DNA of 64,000 bases from a bacterium. Its GTDB lineage: Bacteria; Patescibacteriota; Saccharimonadia; Saccharimonadales; AWTP1-31. The stretch lies in assembly GCA_030426125.1 (NCBI GenBank), contig JAUHZB010000001.1, positions 26,462-90,461 on the forward strand. The letters are read 5' to 3'. The position numbers were made by a program, and so were the translations under genes. The notes below the pieces were generated by a model. That model did not search any database. It saw nothing but the letters and a program-made list of their open reading frames with translations, and was not told where the DNA came from. Below are positions 1-9,683 of the stretch, piece after piece; within the stretch, counting starts at the first letter, position 1; each line of letters starts with the position of its first letter.

Positions 1-367
1 AGAGCTCATAGAACTTAGTAGCTAACTCCAAGCAATCCAGCATTTTCTGTTTTTCTTTACTGCCACTGCCAGATTTTGAAGTTTTGTATTTGGATAAATC
101 TATTCCGGCCTGTCGGGCTAGTATCTCCAGAGTTGCCACAAAATCCAGCCCCTCAATTTCCATAACAAAACTAAACATGTCACCACCCTTGCCACTACTA
201 AAGTCATGCCAAATTTGTTTTTCGGGGCTGATCATTAAACTAGGCGTTTTTTCCTGACTAAATGGGCTTAGTGCTTTAAAGTTCCTTCCAGAACGTTTTA
301 GCTCTAGATATTGACTGACAACATCTTCAATACTCAGCCTAGCTTTAATATCGGCAACTGCATCCAT
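1..367 (-). CDS. dnaG: DNA primase DnaG-like, N-terminal part (gene continues beyond window start)
   Basis: Manual translation of minus strand from ATG at 365-367: MDAVADIKARLSIEDVVSQYLELKRSGRNFKALSPFSQEKTPSLMISPEKQIWHDFSSGKGGDMFSFVMEIEGLDFVATLEIL... aligns with the DnaG zinc-binding domain (NF-K/HACCPFH-x-EKTPSF ... YHCFGCG ... FVMEIE), but with the Cys/His ligands replaced. Not in ORF track because it is truncated by the window edge. Confidence 0.55.
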   Translation of the reverse strand, partial: MDAVADIKARLSIEDVVSQYLELKRSGRNFKALSPFSQEKTPSLMISPEKQIWHDFSSGKGGDMFSFVMEIEGLDFVATLEILARQAGIDLSKYKTSKSGSGSKEKQKMLDCLELATKFYEL

Positions 368-474
368 AGTATTAGTTTATATCTATAACTATAAAGTCGA
401 AAGCATAACAGATTAGCCAAGCTACAATAACTAAACTATAAATTTAGTAAGAAACCCGATTAACTGATAAAATA

Positions 475-1146
475 ATGCTTATGCAACCCAATCAAAATCC
501 GCCGTCGCCACCACCGACGCCACCCCTCCAACCAATGCCTCAGCCCTCGCCTACTCCAGAGCAGAATCCTTATGGTTTCATTATGGACGATAAGCCGACA
601 CAGAAACAAAGTCCTTTCAAGCTACCTGGTGGCGGATCCAAAGCTTCCAAGATAGCTATCTTGGTTGGTGGACTGTTTTTCCTGCTAATTATTGGCTGGA
701 TGTTGTTATCGCTTATTGGTGGCGGTTCTAAGGCTCAAACTGAAAAACTTCTAGACATAGCTCAACAACAAACCGAAATAATCCGAGTTGCTAAAATTGC
801 CGATAATTCCAAAGCCATTCGTCAAACTTCAACTAGAAACCTAGCTGTAAGTACCGCTCAGATAGTAGAGTCTGACAATAAACAAATTATTCAAGTAATG
901 GCTAACAACAAGGCTCAGCCCAAAGCTAAAGAGTTAAATGCTACTGCCGATAAAAAAACTGATGCTTTATTAGAATCAGCAACCAGCAACAACACTTTCG
1001 ATGAAAGCTTTGACCAAATATTTACTACACTACTAGTAAACTACCAAAAGACTGTAAAAGACGCCTATGACAGTAGTAGTAGCCAGAGTGAAAAACAGGC
1101 ACTGGAAGTTTCGTTTAATAACATAGCTATCTTAATAAAAGAATAG
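475..1146 (+). CDS. hypothetical membrane-anchored protein, Pro-rich N-terminus then one TM helix
   Basis: ORF track; PSPPPTPPLQPMPQPSPTP low-complexity head, hydrophobic segment IAILVGGLFFLLIIGWMLLSLIGG, soluble C-terminal domain; no recognisable family. Confidence 0.45.
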   Translation: MLMQPNQNPPSPPPTPPLQPMPQPSPTPEQNPYGFIMDDKPTQKQSPFKLPGGGSKASKIAILVGGLFFLLIIGWMLLSLIGGGSKAQTEKLLDIAQQQTEIIRVAKIADNSKAIRQTSTRNLAVSTAQIVESDNKQIIQVMANNKAQPKAKELNATADKKTDALLESATSNNTFDESFDQIFTTLLVNYQKTVKDAYDSSSSQSEKQALEVSFNNIAILIKE

Positions 1147-1223
1147 CCGTAAACAGTTTTTAGTTATATTATTACAGCATTAATTACTAAGATTCATATT
1201 AGCTTAGGCTGGAGATCATTAAT

Positions 1224-2348
1224 TTGGACAAACAACAAAACCTCAATCCAAACATAAACTTTGACAAATTAAATGAATTGGAGCGCAGACCAAACGCAAA
1301 AGTTCTAATAGCAGTTGCTCTTAGTATATTTACAATTTTTCTATTCTCCCCTATTGCAGGGGTTTCTGCTAATAGTGCAGCGATCTGGGTATCACTACAA
1401 CTACTGTCCTTGTTCAGTATATTTGCGGTTTGGCTAATTATTACCATTAATAAACGTAAATTCAATAAACAACGCTCCGTAATTTTTCAATCATTTGCTA
1501 AAGACAATAATTTTAGCTATCTAGAAACAAAAGAACTAACAAGGAGTAGTAGTGGCACCATTTTTCGTATTGGCAGCAATAAGAAAAAACAGCATATAAT
1601 TGACGGTACTTTTAGCAATCTACCATTTAGCACTTATCAGTACAGTTATGTCGTGGGTAGTGGTAAGTCAAGGCGTAAAATAGACCTTCAAGTTTTTGAG
1701 TTAACACTACCCCGCCTAATGCCACATATGGTAATAGACTCCTTGATAGAGCAAGGCAACAACAGAGGATCTACTCTACCAATTAGCTTTGACTCATCCC
1801 AAAAAATAACGCTTGAAGGAGACTTCCATAAGTATTTTGCCCTCTATGCACCAGATAAATACGCCGTTTCTGCCCTAACGATATTAGCACCTGATGCCAT
1901 GGAGGCCCTTATGCAATTTGCTACTATGTGCGATATTGAAATTATTGATAACAAAATATACTTCTATTGGCCAGAAACAGTAAACAAGCGAGATGAATAT
2001 CAAAATATGTTCAATACTGTAGGGTCAGTCATGTTAGAGATACAAAAGAAATTAACCACAGCTGATATCTTCTCCCAAAAATCACAGGTTGAACTTCATG
2101 CTACCACGGCTCAACGTGGCATAAGATTAAAGCAAAATAAATGGGGATCAATAATTTTAATAGGAATTATACTTACTATCTTCGTCACTAACTTCACTAG
2201 CAGTTATACCGACAATACAGCGTTTGACGTAATCTACCTATTTGGATTTGCAGGAATATTTATTTTTTTGGTAATCAAACACTCTTTCAGCCAACGACGA
2301 AAAAGTCGCCTAAAACGTGAACTTAGTAGGCGCAGTTTCGGAGGCTAA
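1224..2348 (+). CDS. hypothetical membrane protein (2 N-terminal and 2 C-terminal TM segments)
   Basis: ORF track; hydrophobic stretches near N- and C-termini, basic C-terminal tail; no confident family assignment. Confidence 0.45.
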   Translation: MDKQQNLNPNINFDKLNELERRPNAKVLIAVALSIFTIFLFSPIAGVSANSAAIWVSLQLLSLFSIFAVWLIITINKRKFNKQRSVIFQSFAKDNNFSYLETKELTRSSSGTIFRIGSNKKKQHIIDGTFSNLPFSTYQYSYVVGSGKSRRKIDLQVFELTLPRLMPHMVIDSLIEQGNNRGSTLPISFDSSQKITLEGDFHKYFALYAPDKYAVSALTILAPDAMEALMQFATMCDIEIIDNKIYFYWPETVNKRDEYQNMFNTVGSVMLEIQKKLTTADIFSQKSQVELHATTAQRGIRLKQNKWGSIILIGIILTIFVTNFTSSYTDNTAFDVIYLFGFAGIFIFLVIKHSFSQRRKSRLKRELSRRSFGG

Positions 2349-2383
2349 TAATAGCCGTATTTAGAATTTACATATTATATAGA

Positions 2384-4240
2384 TTAACTTTCAGAAGCCC
2401 TGCTTTTAACAATGGCCAAGCCGCCTGCCAATACACACACTGCTAGTAGTAGCAGTTGAAGCAAGCGAATTTCCGAACCAGTATCCGCTAACCTGCTACT
2501 AGATTGTAGTAGTTGCGTATCAGATTCTGTTGAGCTATCCGAATCACCGAGCACAGCAGTAGTAAATTGCCAAGTATTAGGTGAACTTATGCCAGCAAAA
2601 TATATACCATTATTGGCTCGAATAGCACTTGAGTCTATAAGGACATAATAAGTAGTGCCAGCCTGTAGACTAACATTCCTGCCTATTGTTAGAGTTGTGG
2701 TGCCGTTGCCGAGAATCGAGCCACCGGCTACGTCTATGGCCTCAACCAACTGGTTGTCACTGGCTCTATAAATATTAATATAGCCGCTTGAAGCACCAGA
2801 GGGAGTGTTAAAATTCATAACAAGATCATCATCTACAGCAATATTGCTGGCATTACTGCTAGGTGAAATACTCAAGATAAGTGGGGTTAATTTTTGTGAT
2901 GTTAGGAACGGATAGCCATCATTGGTAACACCGTCAATCTTCCAATCGTCATCATTTGCTGCGTCATCATTCGGCGTCCCTTCGAAGTCCCAAGCGCTAG
3001 AAAGACCAGTAGTTGCGGTGTTGGTAAAAGTTGCCAAACTTTTCATTTCAGCAGTCGTTTTACCGGTTGCAACAATTAAGTCCGAGCCAGCTAAAGACTG
3101 ACTACTGGTCTGGGTATCATAGAAGTTATTCAAACAACTAGTGCAAGCATCAGCGTCATAAATAAAGCCTCCGTTTGTTTGACCATCTACTGAACCTGTC
3201 GAATATGAATTTGTAACTGTACCCTGTTCCATAGAATTCATAAATGAACCACCAAACCCGGCTACACTAGGAGTAACATCACCTCTTGAATAGCTATCCC
3301 TAATAGTAAAACTACATGTTGGGCCGCGACCAACAAAACCACCTAAAGTTGTGTGGCCACTAACATCGCCAGTAGCAAAAGAGTTTTCTATTACGCCGTT
3401 GCAAAGTTGACCAGCAAATCCACCGGCAATATACTCTGTTCCACTATCGTCTTTGTCTCCAACAACATTGCCTGTTGCCGAAACATTAGTAAAAGTACCG
3501 TAGTTAATTTGTCCTACAAAACCACCTACAGCAGTGGTGCCAGTTACCAAACCACTACTAGATGAATCAGTTACTGTCACGGTATTATCAGCAAATTGTA
3601 AATAACCAAACGCTCCCCCCGTATTGCTGCCATCACCCTCTACTACCACATCGGCATGCACATCAGCGATGTCCTCGCTGTTGTTTAGTGATCCGCCAAT
3701 ACCCCCGCAATCACCGTTGGTACAGGTAACTGTTCCAGATACATCAATATTACTCAGAGCAATAGTACTACTACTATACCCAATAACACTACCAGTAAAT
3801 ACAGCGCCAGAAATGGAAACATCAATCATACTAAAATTACTAAGTTCAATGTTCTGGTAACCATAGCCTATTATACCGTTATAATTCTCGGCTGGCCTGT
3901 TAATAGTAAAGTCTGATATAACATATCCATTTCCTTCTAATGTACCGGAAAACCGGTTGCTGGAATCATAGCCAATAGGGTCAAAACCAGCACCACTATT
4001 CCAGCTAGATGAAACACTACAATCAATATCTGACACTAATTCATACGAGGCCGTTAAGTCCAATTCCATGTCTTGTAAATCAGCGCAGCTACTTATTTCG
4101 TAAGGATCTCCTGGCGACCCATCGCCACCATCAAAAGCTACAGCCGATCTGGTGTCAACTAGCAGCAAAACGGACAGCATCAATACTACACCAACTACTA
4201 ACGTAATCAGCCCGTTAAAAAGTTTTTCTGTTTCCTGCAA
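2384..4240 (-). CDS. large secreted surface protein with repeated GGF(V/A)G (GLUG-like) motifs and C-terminal LADTG (LAxTG) cell-wall sorting signal
   Basis: N-terminal signal/TM; repeated GGFVGQ / GGFAGQ / GGFVGRG motifs; C-terminus ...RLADTGSEIRLLQLLLLAVCVLAGGLAIVKSRASES = sorting motif + hydrophobic helix + basic tail. Confidence 0.6.
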   Translation of the reverse strand: MQETEKLFNGLITLVVGVVLMLSVLLLVDTRSAVAFDGGDGSPGDPYEISSCADLQDMELDLTASYELVSDIDCSVSSSWNSGAGFDPIGYDSSNRFSGTLEGNGYVISDFTINRPAENYNGIIGYGYQNIELSNFSMIDVSISGAVFTGSVIGYSSSTIALSNIDVSGTVTCTNGDCGGIGGSLNNSEDIADVHADVVVEGDGSNTGGAFGYLQFADNTVTVTDSSSSGLVTGTTAVGGFVGQINYGTFTNVSATGNVVGDKDDSGTEYIAGGFAGQLCNGVIENSFATGDVSGHTTLGGFVGRGPTCSFTIRDSYSRGDVTPSVAGFGGSFMNSMEQGTVTNSYSTGSVDGQTNGGFIYDADACTSCLNNFYDTQTSSQSLAGSDLIVATGKTTAEMKSLATFTNTATTGLSSAWDFEGTPNDDAANDDDWKIDGVTNDGYPFLTSQKLTPLILSISPSSNASNIAVDDDLVMNFNTPSGASSGYINIYRASDNQLVEAIDVAGGSILGNGTTTLTIGRNVSLQAGTTYYVLIDSSAIRANNGIYFAGISSPNTWQFTTAVLGDSDSSTESDTQLLQSSSRLADTGSEIRLLQLLLLAVCVLAGGLAIVKSRASES

Positions 4241-4304
4241 AGCTACCTCGCATTAAAATACTTTAACTAAAGTATAATGCTTTAGTTAATAATTACAAAA
4301 TATG

Positions 4305-4646
4305 CTATTGCTTACTGGTCTTGGTAACTAAATCATAAGATAATCTAATAAAGCCCTGAATCTCTTCCCACTCTATTTCCCCGCTGAGTACTATAGTGTT
4401 CCAGTGTTTCTTATTCAGGTGGTATCCGGGCATCACTGATACATACTTTTCTCGCAGTACCTCAGCTAGCTGGGGGTCACACTTTAGACTAATCCTAACT
4501 GGATCTGAGCCTTCAGCGATTATTGCAAACATTTTTTCATCACTACCAACTTTAACTTTGTAGACTGCCGCTTCAGGACCAAAAGGATAATCTAATCTAG
4601 TATCTCCTAGGCTTAATAAATATTTCTCTACTTCCTTATGTTTCAT
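4305..4646 (-). CDS. MmcQ/YjbR-family predicted DNA-binding protein
   Basis: 113 aa; overall resemblance to YjbR/MmcQ family (KYLLSLGDTRLDYPFG...KMFAII...HWNTIVL); family recall only. Confidence 0.5.
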   Translation of the reverse strand: MKHKEVEKYLLSLGDTRLDYPFGPEAAVYKVKVGSDEKMFAIIAEGSDPVRISLKCDPQLAEVLREKYVSVMPGYHLNKKHWNTIVLSGEIEWEEIQGFIRLSYDLVTKTSKQ

Positions 4647-4687
4647 AATCTATTTACGTTTTTTGTTATTTATCTAATTAATTACTA

Positions 4688-5239
4688 CTATTTATTCTTC
4701 AATGAACCCAAGTAATACTTAAGTTCATCAATAGAAGCTAGAATATCTTCCATTGCCCGGTGATTATCCTGCTTAACAAACTCTTCGTTGTATTTAGCCT
4801 GCATGAGTATTTTAAAGCTACTAACATCCAGCATTCGGTAATGAAGTAATTCATCTACTTCTGGCCACCACTGCTTAATAAACAAGCGATCATTATATAT
4901 TGAGTTTCCAGCTAAAATAGCCATCTCACCACTAATATTTTTGTTTATTAACTCAACAACATCTTCAATAACTTGTTTTTCTGTTTTATCGCTACTACGA
5001 ATCTTGGCAGTCAAACCACTGGCAGAGTGCTGTGAAGCTGCCCAAGGATTCATAGACTTTATTACTTCTTCAGATTGACTTATAACTGCCTCATATTTGT
5101 CTAATACTTTAAAGTCAAAGTCGGTCACAATAATTGCAACCTCTACAATACGATCTGTTTTTGCTTCTAGACCAGTCATTTCTAGATCCACCCAGAGTAG
5201 CCTAGTAGGCTTAATGTTCTTATCTAATTGTTTTGTCAT
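4688..5239 (-). CDS. orn: oligoribonuclease (3'-5' exoribonuclease, DEDDh)
   Basis: 183 aa; N-terminal LLWVDLEMTGLEAKTDRIVEVAII matches Orn exo motif I; size typical of Orn. Confidence 0.8.
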   Translation of the reverse strand: MTKQLDKNIKPTRLLWVDLEMTGLEAKTDRIVEVAIIVTDFDFKVLDKYEAVISQSEEVIKSMNPWAASQHSASGLTAKIRSSDKTEKQVIEDVVELINKNISGEMAILAGNSIYNDRLFIKQWWPEVDELLHYRMLDVSSFKILMQAKYNEEFVKQDNHRAMEDILASIDELKYYLGSLKNK

Positions 5240-5276
5240 GATTTAATTGTACAGGAACGTCTCAGCACAGAAAGTC

Positions 5277-6740
5277 TTATAGCTTCCCTTCTAGGGATTG
5301 TCTGGCTTGTTCAGTCAATACTTCAACCCGACTAGTGATTATAAAACTATCGCCTGGGTCTAGAGCACTAAGCTTTTCAACGCTCATATTATTATCTTCA
5401 GCAATAGCTTCAACTATCTTTAGTACTTCTGCATTTACCTCTTGACTGGCGTCAGCCCGTGCTCCGTGCTCGCCAACCAAACGATCTTGAATATCGTTCC
5501 ACGGACGATAACCTACTCCAACTTCGACCTTCTCAAATGTTGCAGCCTGTTCGCTAACCTGAGGCTCAATGTTTACTATTGCTTCTTGGTCATATATAGC
5601 CGGAGCTTGCTGACTTTCATCTACCCGCTCTTGTTCGGTTGTAGTCGTAGACTCAACAGCCACTTCGTCTTGATCCAAAAACTGATAAACCGTTGTTGGA
5701 GTATTATCTGAATTGTAGCTTGAGCTAGGCGAATCAAGCTCATAACTATTTGCGTCTGGTGTAGTGTCTACTGAACTAGAATCTTCATTACTAGCTCCCA
5801 ATAAGCCGAAACCAAGGGCAACAACACTAATTCCAGCCACCGCAACCGCCCCAACTTTGGCAAATCTTGATCTTAACCAACTACGACTTTTCTTTTCTAG
5901 CCGAGCGTTCGGGCTATGGTTCATAAATGCATCAACCTGCCTATCAAGCTCTGGGTCTTCTGTGGTAAGCGAAGCTGCGTCAGCTTCACTAATCGTCTTG
6001 GAGGCACTGGCCATCTGACCAATGCTAGTGTCAGCCGGTTGCTCATCAGCTAATTGTTGGTCTGCTAATTGGCTGTCGCGACGATCAACTATTTCGGTTA
6101 CCCTATCCCAATAATCTCCATTTTTTACAGCCAGTCTGGTTCGCTCAGTCATAACCCCACTCAGCAATATTTGGTTTGGCACAGAGAATAATCCAGCCTG
6201 TTTCCTGACACTATTAAATACATTAACTGGCTGTCCACCTTCGAAGCCCTCGCCGCGTAAACCCTGGTCAATGGCTAGAACTGTCCTTAGTTGGCCTCCC
6301 TCACCTTCATTTTGAACTTCAGCAAGCTTAACAGCATAATAGATACAATCTTCCTTATATGCAGCTTCTTGCCTTCTATCTAAGTCGCTCATGTCAGCTT
6401 TATCAGTACCGTAACTTCCAATAAGATTGTTTATAGAGCGATTTAGTTTATCGAATATTAAAGATTCGCTACCATTAATCGTTTCAGCTGTTTGCCTAAC
6501 CTGATAGGCATTATCTACTGATTGCTGTTCGCTAGTTGGATCGTTGGAGCCAATACTGGCCGGTTCGAGACTAAAAGGCCCTTGCCCGACACCGAAATGC
6601 TGATAGTCATATACTGGATTGTGCGGAGCACCTCCAAACACCTTAGACGCCGCCCTACCAATAAATTGTTTTACTCTTTCAAATCTTCCAAGCTCTGGAG
6701 AGCTGACTGGTAACTGTTCTGGTGTATTTCTCTGGGTCAT
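5277..6740 (-). CDS. hypothetical bitopic membrane protein (central TM, cytoplasmic N-domain, exported C-domain)
   Basis: 487 aa; single hydrophobic helix AVAVAGISVVALGFGLLGA near residue 300; no recognised domain. Confidence 0.4.
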   Translation of the reverse strand: MTQRNTPEQLPVSSPELGRFERVKQFIGRAASKVFGGAPHNPVYDYQHFGVGQGPFSLEPASIGSNDPTSEQQSVDNAYQVRQTAETINGSESLIFDKLNRSINNLIGSYGTDKADMSDLDRRQEAAYKEDCIYYAVKLAEVQNEGEGGQLRTVLAIDQGLRGEGFEGGQPVNVFNSVRKQAGLFSVPNQILLSGVMTERTRLAVKNGDYWDRVTEIVDRRDSQLADQQLADEQPADTSIGQMASASKTISEADAASLTTEDPELDRQVDAFMNHSPNARLEKKSRSWLRSRFAKVGAVAVAGISVVALGFGLLGASNEDSSSVDTTPDANSYELDSPSSSYNSDNTPTTVYQFLDQDEVAVESTTTTEQERVDESQQAPAIYDQEAIVNIEPQVSEQAATFEKVEVGVGYRPWNDIQDRLVGEHGARADASQEVNAEVLKIVEAIAEDNNMSVEKLSALDPGDSFIITSRVEVLTEQARQSLEGKL

Positions 6741-6820
6741 AACTTCCTCTATAAATATAGCTATACCATACTATATAAGTGTATATTTAACAATAAGATG
6801 GCCAGAGATAAAGTTATTAG

Positions 6821-8236
6821 CTAAAACTGTTGTTTGGTATTATTCGCCTTACGGCGCAATACAGCAATAATCGTTAGGCTAGTTATTAGCACCCAGAAGA
6901 ATAAATATTGCTCATTAGAACCGGTATCTGCCAACTCGGCCGATGCTCCTTGCGCCAAATTCACATTAACCGTACCACTAGAACAAAGCTGACTGCTACT
7001 CAATGAACAAACTTGGTAGTTAAAGCTATCTTGATTATTATCGGCATGTACCACCGGGAAAAAGACACGCGATAATCTACTAAGCAAACTTACACTCGAT
7101 TCACTACTCTGCTGATAACTAACTATACCGTTGTCATCCACAGAAACTGTTCCCTGACTTGGATTGGTTGTCACCGATACTGAACTACTATCAACCCCAT
7201 CATAGGAATCTGTATACAGGGCTGGAATATCTATGCTAGCCGAACCATCACTATTTACCGAGATCTCTGGATTGGGTTGAGTGGAGGTTGGCGCAATAGT
7301 TAAAGGCCGGTACACTCCCCAATAATCAACGGTATTTTCGTCCTCAATCAGTAAACTCGGGCTACTGCCATCAATATCCATTATGTAAATATCAAAGTCA
7401 CCGCCGATATTCGACGAATAAATTATCTTTTGTCCATCCGGGGTAACGCTGGGCATTATAAAAGTATTTCCAGAATCACTAGTCAGACTAGTTTCATTGT
7501 CTCCATTTGCATCAATAACGTATATTGCATGATTACTACCAGTTCGTTTGGTATAAACTATCCTCTCTCCGTCTGGAGTCCATGACGGATGATAATCATG
7601 CGAACTATCATCTGTTAGTTTAGTGGGATTTTGACCATCAATATCCATGACATAGATTTCATTGTCTCCATCGGAGTCATTACGATATACAATTTTGGTA
7701 CCATCTGGAGAAATACGAGGAGCGGTATCATTATCTTCGCTGTCAGTTAAGTTTGTAGTAATCCCTTCACTAATATTGTGAATATAGATATCCCAATCCC
7801 CATCTGCTACCGACTGATAAACCAGACTATTACCGTCTGGAGTCCAATCCGGAAATTCATCGTCATCACCATTGTCTTGATCGATGGCTATCTGGTTACT
7901 GCCATCGGCATCCATATACCATATATCCTGCGCTCCTCCACCAGTCTCGGTTCTTTCAAAAGCAATTTTTCTACCATCTGCAGACCATGATGCATTAGTG
8001 TCCGATTGACTTCCATCAGTTATAGGTACAGCTGGATTTGAACCTAATTTGCTATAAATTGTGTAGTTAGCTATATCCCCACCTTGCTTTGAGTACAGTA
8101 AATTACCATTTACACCGGGATAAGTACTGGCCTTCACCGGACTATTAACCCTCAGTACTAATAACGATAAAACTACTCCAAGCATCAACGCTATAGTTAA
8201 AGTTAATGCTGAAATGTTCTTACATCTATAAACCAT
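6821..8236 (-). CDS. TolB-like beta-propeller (PD40 repeat) surface protein with C-terminal LADTG (LAxTG) sorting signal
   Basis: Repeats of the form DIWYMDADGSN..., PDWTPDGNSLVY, IYVMDIDGQNPTKLT, HPSWTPDGERIVY (TolB/PD40-type); C-terminus ...ELADTGSNEQYLFFWVLITSLTIIAVLRRKANNTKQQF = sorting motif + TM + basic tail; N-terminal signal peptide. Confidence 0.65.
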   Translation of the reverse strand: MVYRCKNISALTLTIALMLGVVLSLLVLRVNSPVKASTYPGVNGNLLYSKQGGDIANYTIYSKLGSNPAVPITDGSQSDTNASWSADGRKIAFERTETGGGAQDIWYMDADGSNQIAIDQDNGDDDEFPDWTPDGNSLVYQSVADGDWDIYIHNISEGITTNLTDSEDNDTAPRISPDGTKIVYRNDSDGDNEIYVMDIDGQNPTKLTDDSSHDYHPSWTPDGERIVYTKRTGSNHAIYVIDANGDNETSLTSDSGNTFIMPSVTPDGQKIIYSSNIGGDFDIYIMDIDGSSPSLLIEDENTVDYWGVYRPLTIAPTSTQPNPEISVNSDGSASIDIPALYTDSYDGVDSSSVSVTTNPSQGTVSVDDNGIVSYQQSSESSVSLLSRLSRVFFPVVHADNNQDSFNYQVCSLSSSQLCSSGTVNVNLAQGASAELADTGSNEQYLFFWVLITSLTIIAVLRRKANNTKQQF

Positions 8237-8299
8237 AATTACCCAAAGCTATTCTTACTAGATAGTATAGATGCATAAGCTTTATCAGTAAACAGTAGA

Positions 8300-8890
8300 T
8301 TATTGCCTAGCGTTACATAGAGCCCTGGAATACCAAACTAGCTCTTCAACTCTAGGAACAATCGCTTTATGAGGCCCTTTTTCTTGGCTAGTTATCCTAT
8401 CAGCAAGATTACCCTGTTCATCAATATCTTCGGCCACCCGACCGGTGTAAGTCAGTGGGTCTGGTAGACTAACAGCTTTAAGACCACCAATAACACTTCT
8501 TAGCACCACTACAGCTTGGGTCCCACCAGTACTTCCGTGTGACGCTAATAATACTGGCTTTCGCCTCATCTGGTAATCTACCAAATCCAGTGCGTTCTTT
8601 AATACCCCAGGTATAGAGCGGTTATATTCTGGGCTAACCACCACAAAGCCATCAGCTCGCCCTAAGTCTTCCAACCAGCGTTTAGTGTTTTCACCCAACT
8701 GTCTTTCTGGGTTAGCTTGTGGTGGTAACTCTTCATCGAATAGTGGTAAGTTATACTCCGCTAAATCAATAATTTCGGCCTTAACATCTGTGATTTCTTC
8801 TATTTGTTTAGCAATCCATTTAGCTAGGCGCGGTGTTACCCTGGTTTTTCGGTTACTTCCAATAATGACCGCTATATTAATTGTGTTCAT
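8300..8890 (-). CDS. NADPH-dependent FMN reductase family (flavodoxin-like) oxidoreductase
   Basis: N-terminal INIAVIIGSNRKTRVT... and GFVVVSPEYNRSIPGVLKNALD motifs typical of PF03358-type FMN reductases. Confidence 0.7.
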   Translation of the reverse strand: MNTINIAVIIGSNRKTRVTPRLAKWIAKQIEEITDVKAEIIDLAEYNLPLFDEELPPQANPERQLGENTKRWLEDLGRADGFVVVSPEYNRSIPGVLKNALDLVDYQMRRKPVLLASHGSTGGTQAVVVLRSVIGGLKAVSLPDPLTYTGRVAEDIDEQGNLADRITSQEKGPHKAIVPRVEELVWYSRALCNARQ

Positions 8891-8894
8891 TTAT

Positions 8895-9326
8895 TTACTT
8901 TCCTCCCTTTCCTGGTTGTTGTTGAGTAGGTTTAAAGTCCAAACTAACAGAATTAATGCAATAATGCTTACCGGTAGGTGAATCATCGGCATCGAATACG
9001 TGACCTAAATGACCTCCACAATTCGAACAAACAACTTCAGTTCGCTTCATCATTAATTTATTATCTTCGACAAACTTAACAGCTCCGTCTTTGGCAACTT
9101 CACCGAAACTTGGCCAACCAATAAGGCCTGGTGTTTTAGAATCATACTTACTATCGCTACTAAACAGTTCAGCACCACAGGCTCCACAGACATACATACC
9201 CTTATCGTTAGTGTCTAGGTATTTACCTGAAAAGGGAGCCTCGGTTCCCTTCTCAACCAGTACCTTATACTGTTCCTCGCTTAGTTTGTTTTTGTAGTCT
9301 TTATTTATCATGGGCGCATTAGTCAA
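8895..9326 (-). CDS. msrB: peptide-methionine (R)-S-oxide reductase MsrB
   Basis: YVCGACGAELF ... CSNCGGHLGHVF two CxxC zinc motifs and catalytic region typical of MsrB (SelR). Confidence 0.85.
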   Translation of the reverse strand: MTNAPMINKDYKNKLSEEQYKVLVEKGTEAPFSGKYLDTNDKGMYVCGACGAELFSSDSKYDSKTPGLIGWPSFGEVAKDGAVKFVEDNKLMMKRTEVVCSNCGGHLGHVFDADDSPTGKHYCINSVSLDFKPTQQQPGKGGK

Positions 9327-9327
9327 T

Positions 9328-9654
9328 TTACTTCTTTTCTTTGGTGTCTATCTTGAGTAGCTTAACTGCATAAAATACGACGGCAGCTACACCCAGTAAA
9401 GTTATAAGTGCTGAAAATATTAAGCCCCAACCAATCACTAGTTGTCTATCGGCAAGATCGATCACTGTCCAACTAGCCGACTCTAGCCCACTAGTATCAC
9501 CAACAATAAAAGCAACGATCGGATTAATTAAACCCTCAACTATAGCTGACACAGTATTTCCAACTTGAACACCAATCGCTAGTCCAACCGCCAAGCCAAT
9601 AACGCCTTTGTCTTTAATAAACTGCAGAAAATCTTTGAGTTGTTTATTCACCAT
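9328..9654 (-). CDS. mscL: large-conductance mechanosensitive channel MscL
   Basis: 108 aa; FLQFIKDKGVIGLAVGLAIGVQVGNTVSAIVEGLINPIV matches MscL TM1 region; second TM helix and charged C-terminus. Confidence 0.75.
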   Translation of the reverse strand: MVNKQLKDFLQFIKDKGVIGLAVGLAIGVQVGNTVSAIVEGLINPIVAFIVGDTSGLESASWTVIDLADRQLVIGWGLIFSALITLLGVAAVVFYAVKLLKIDTKEKK

Positions 9655-9683
9655 TACTCCTTATTAGTTAGCTAATATCTTGA

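Noticed and set aside
3353-4206. Three small + strand ORFs (70, 78, 65 aa) inside the 2384-4240 surface-protein gene
   Set aside because: Antisense to a long, well-supported CDS; low-complexity translations; typical shadow ORFs.
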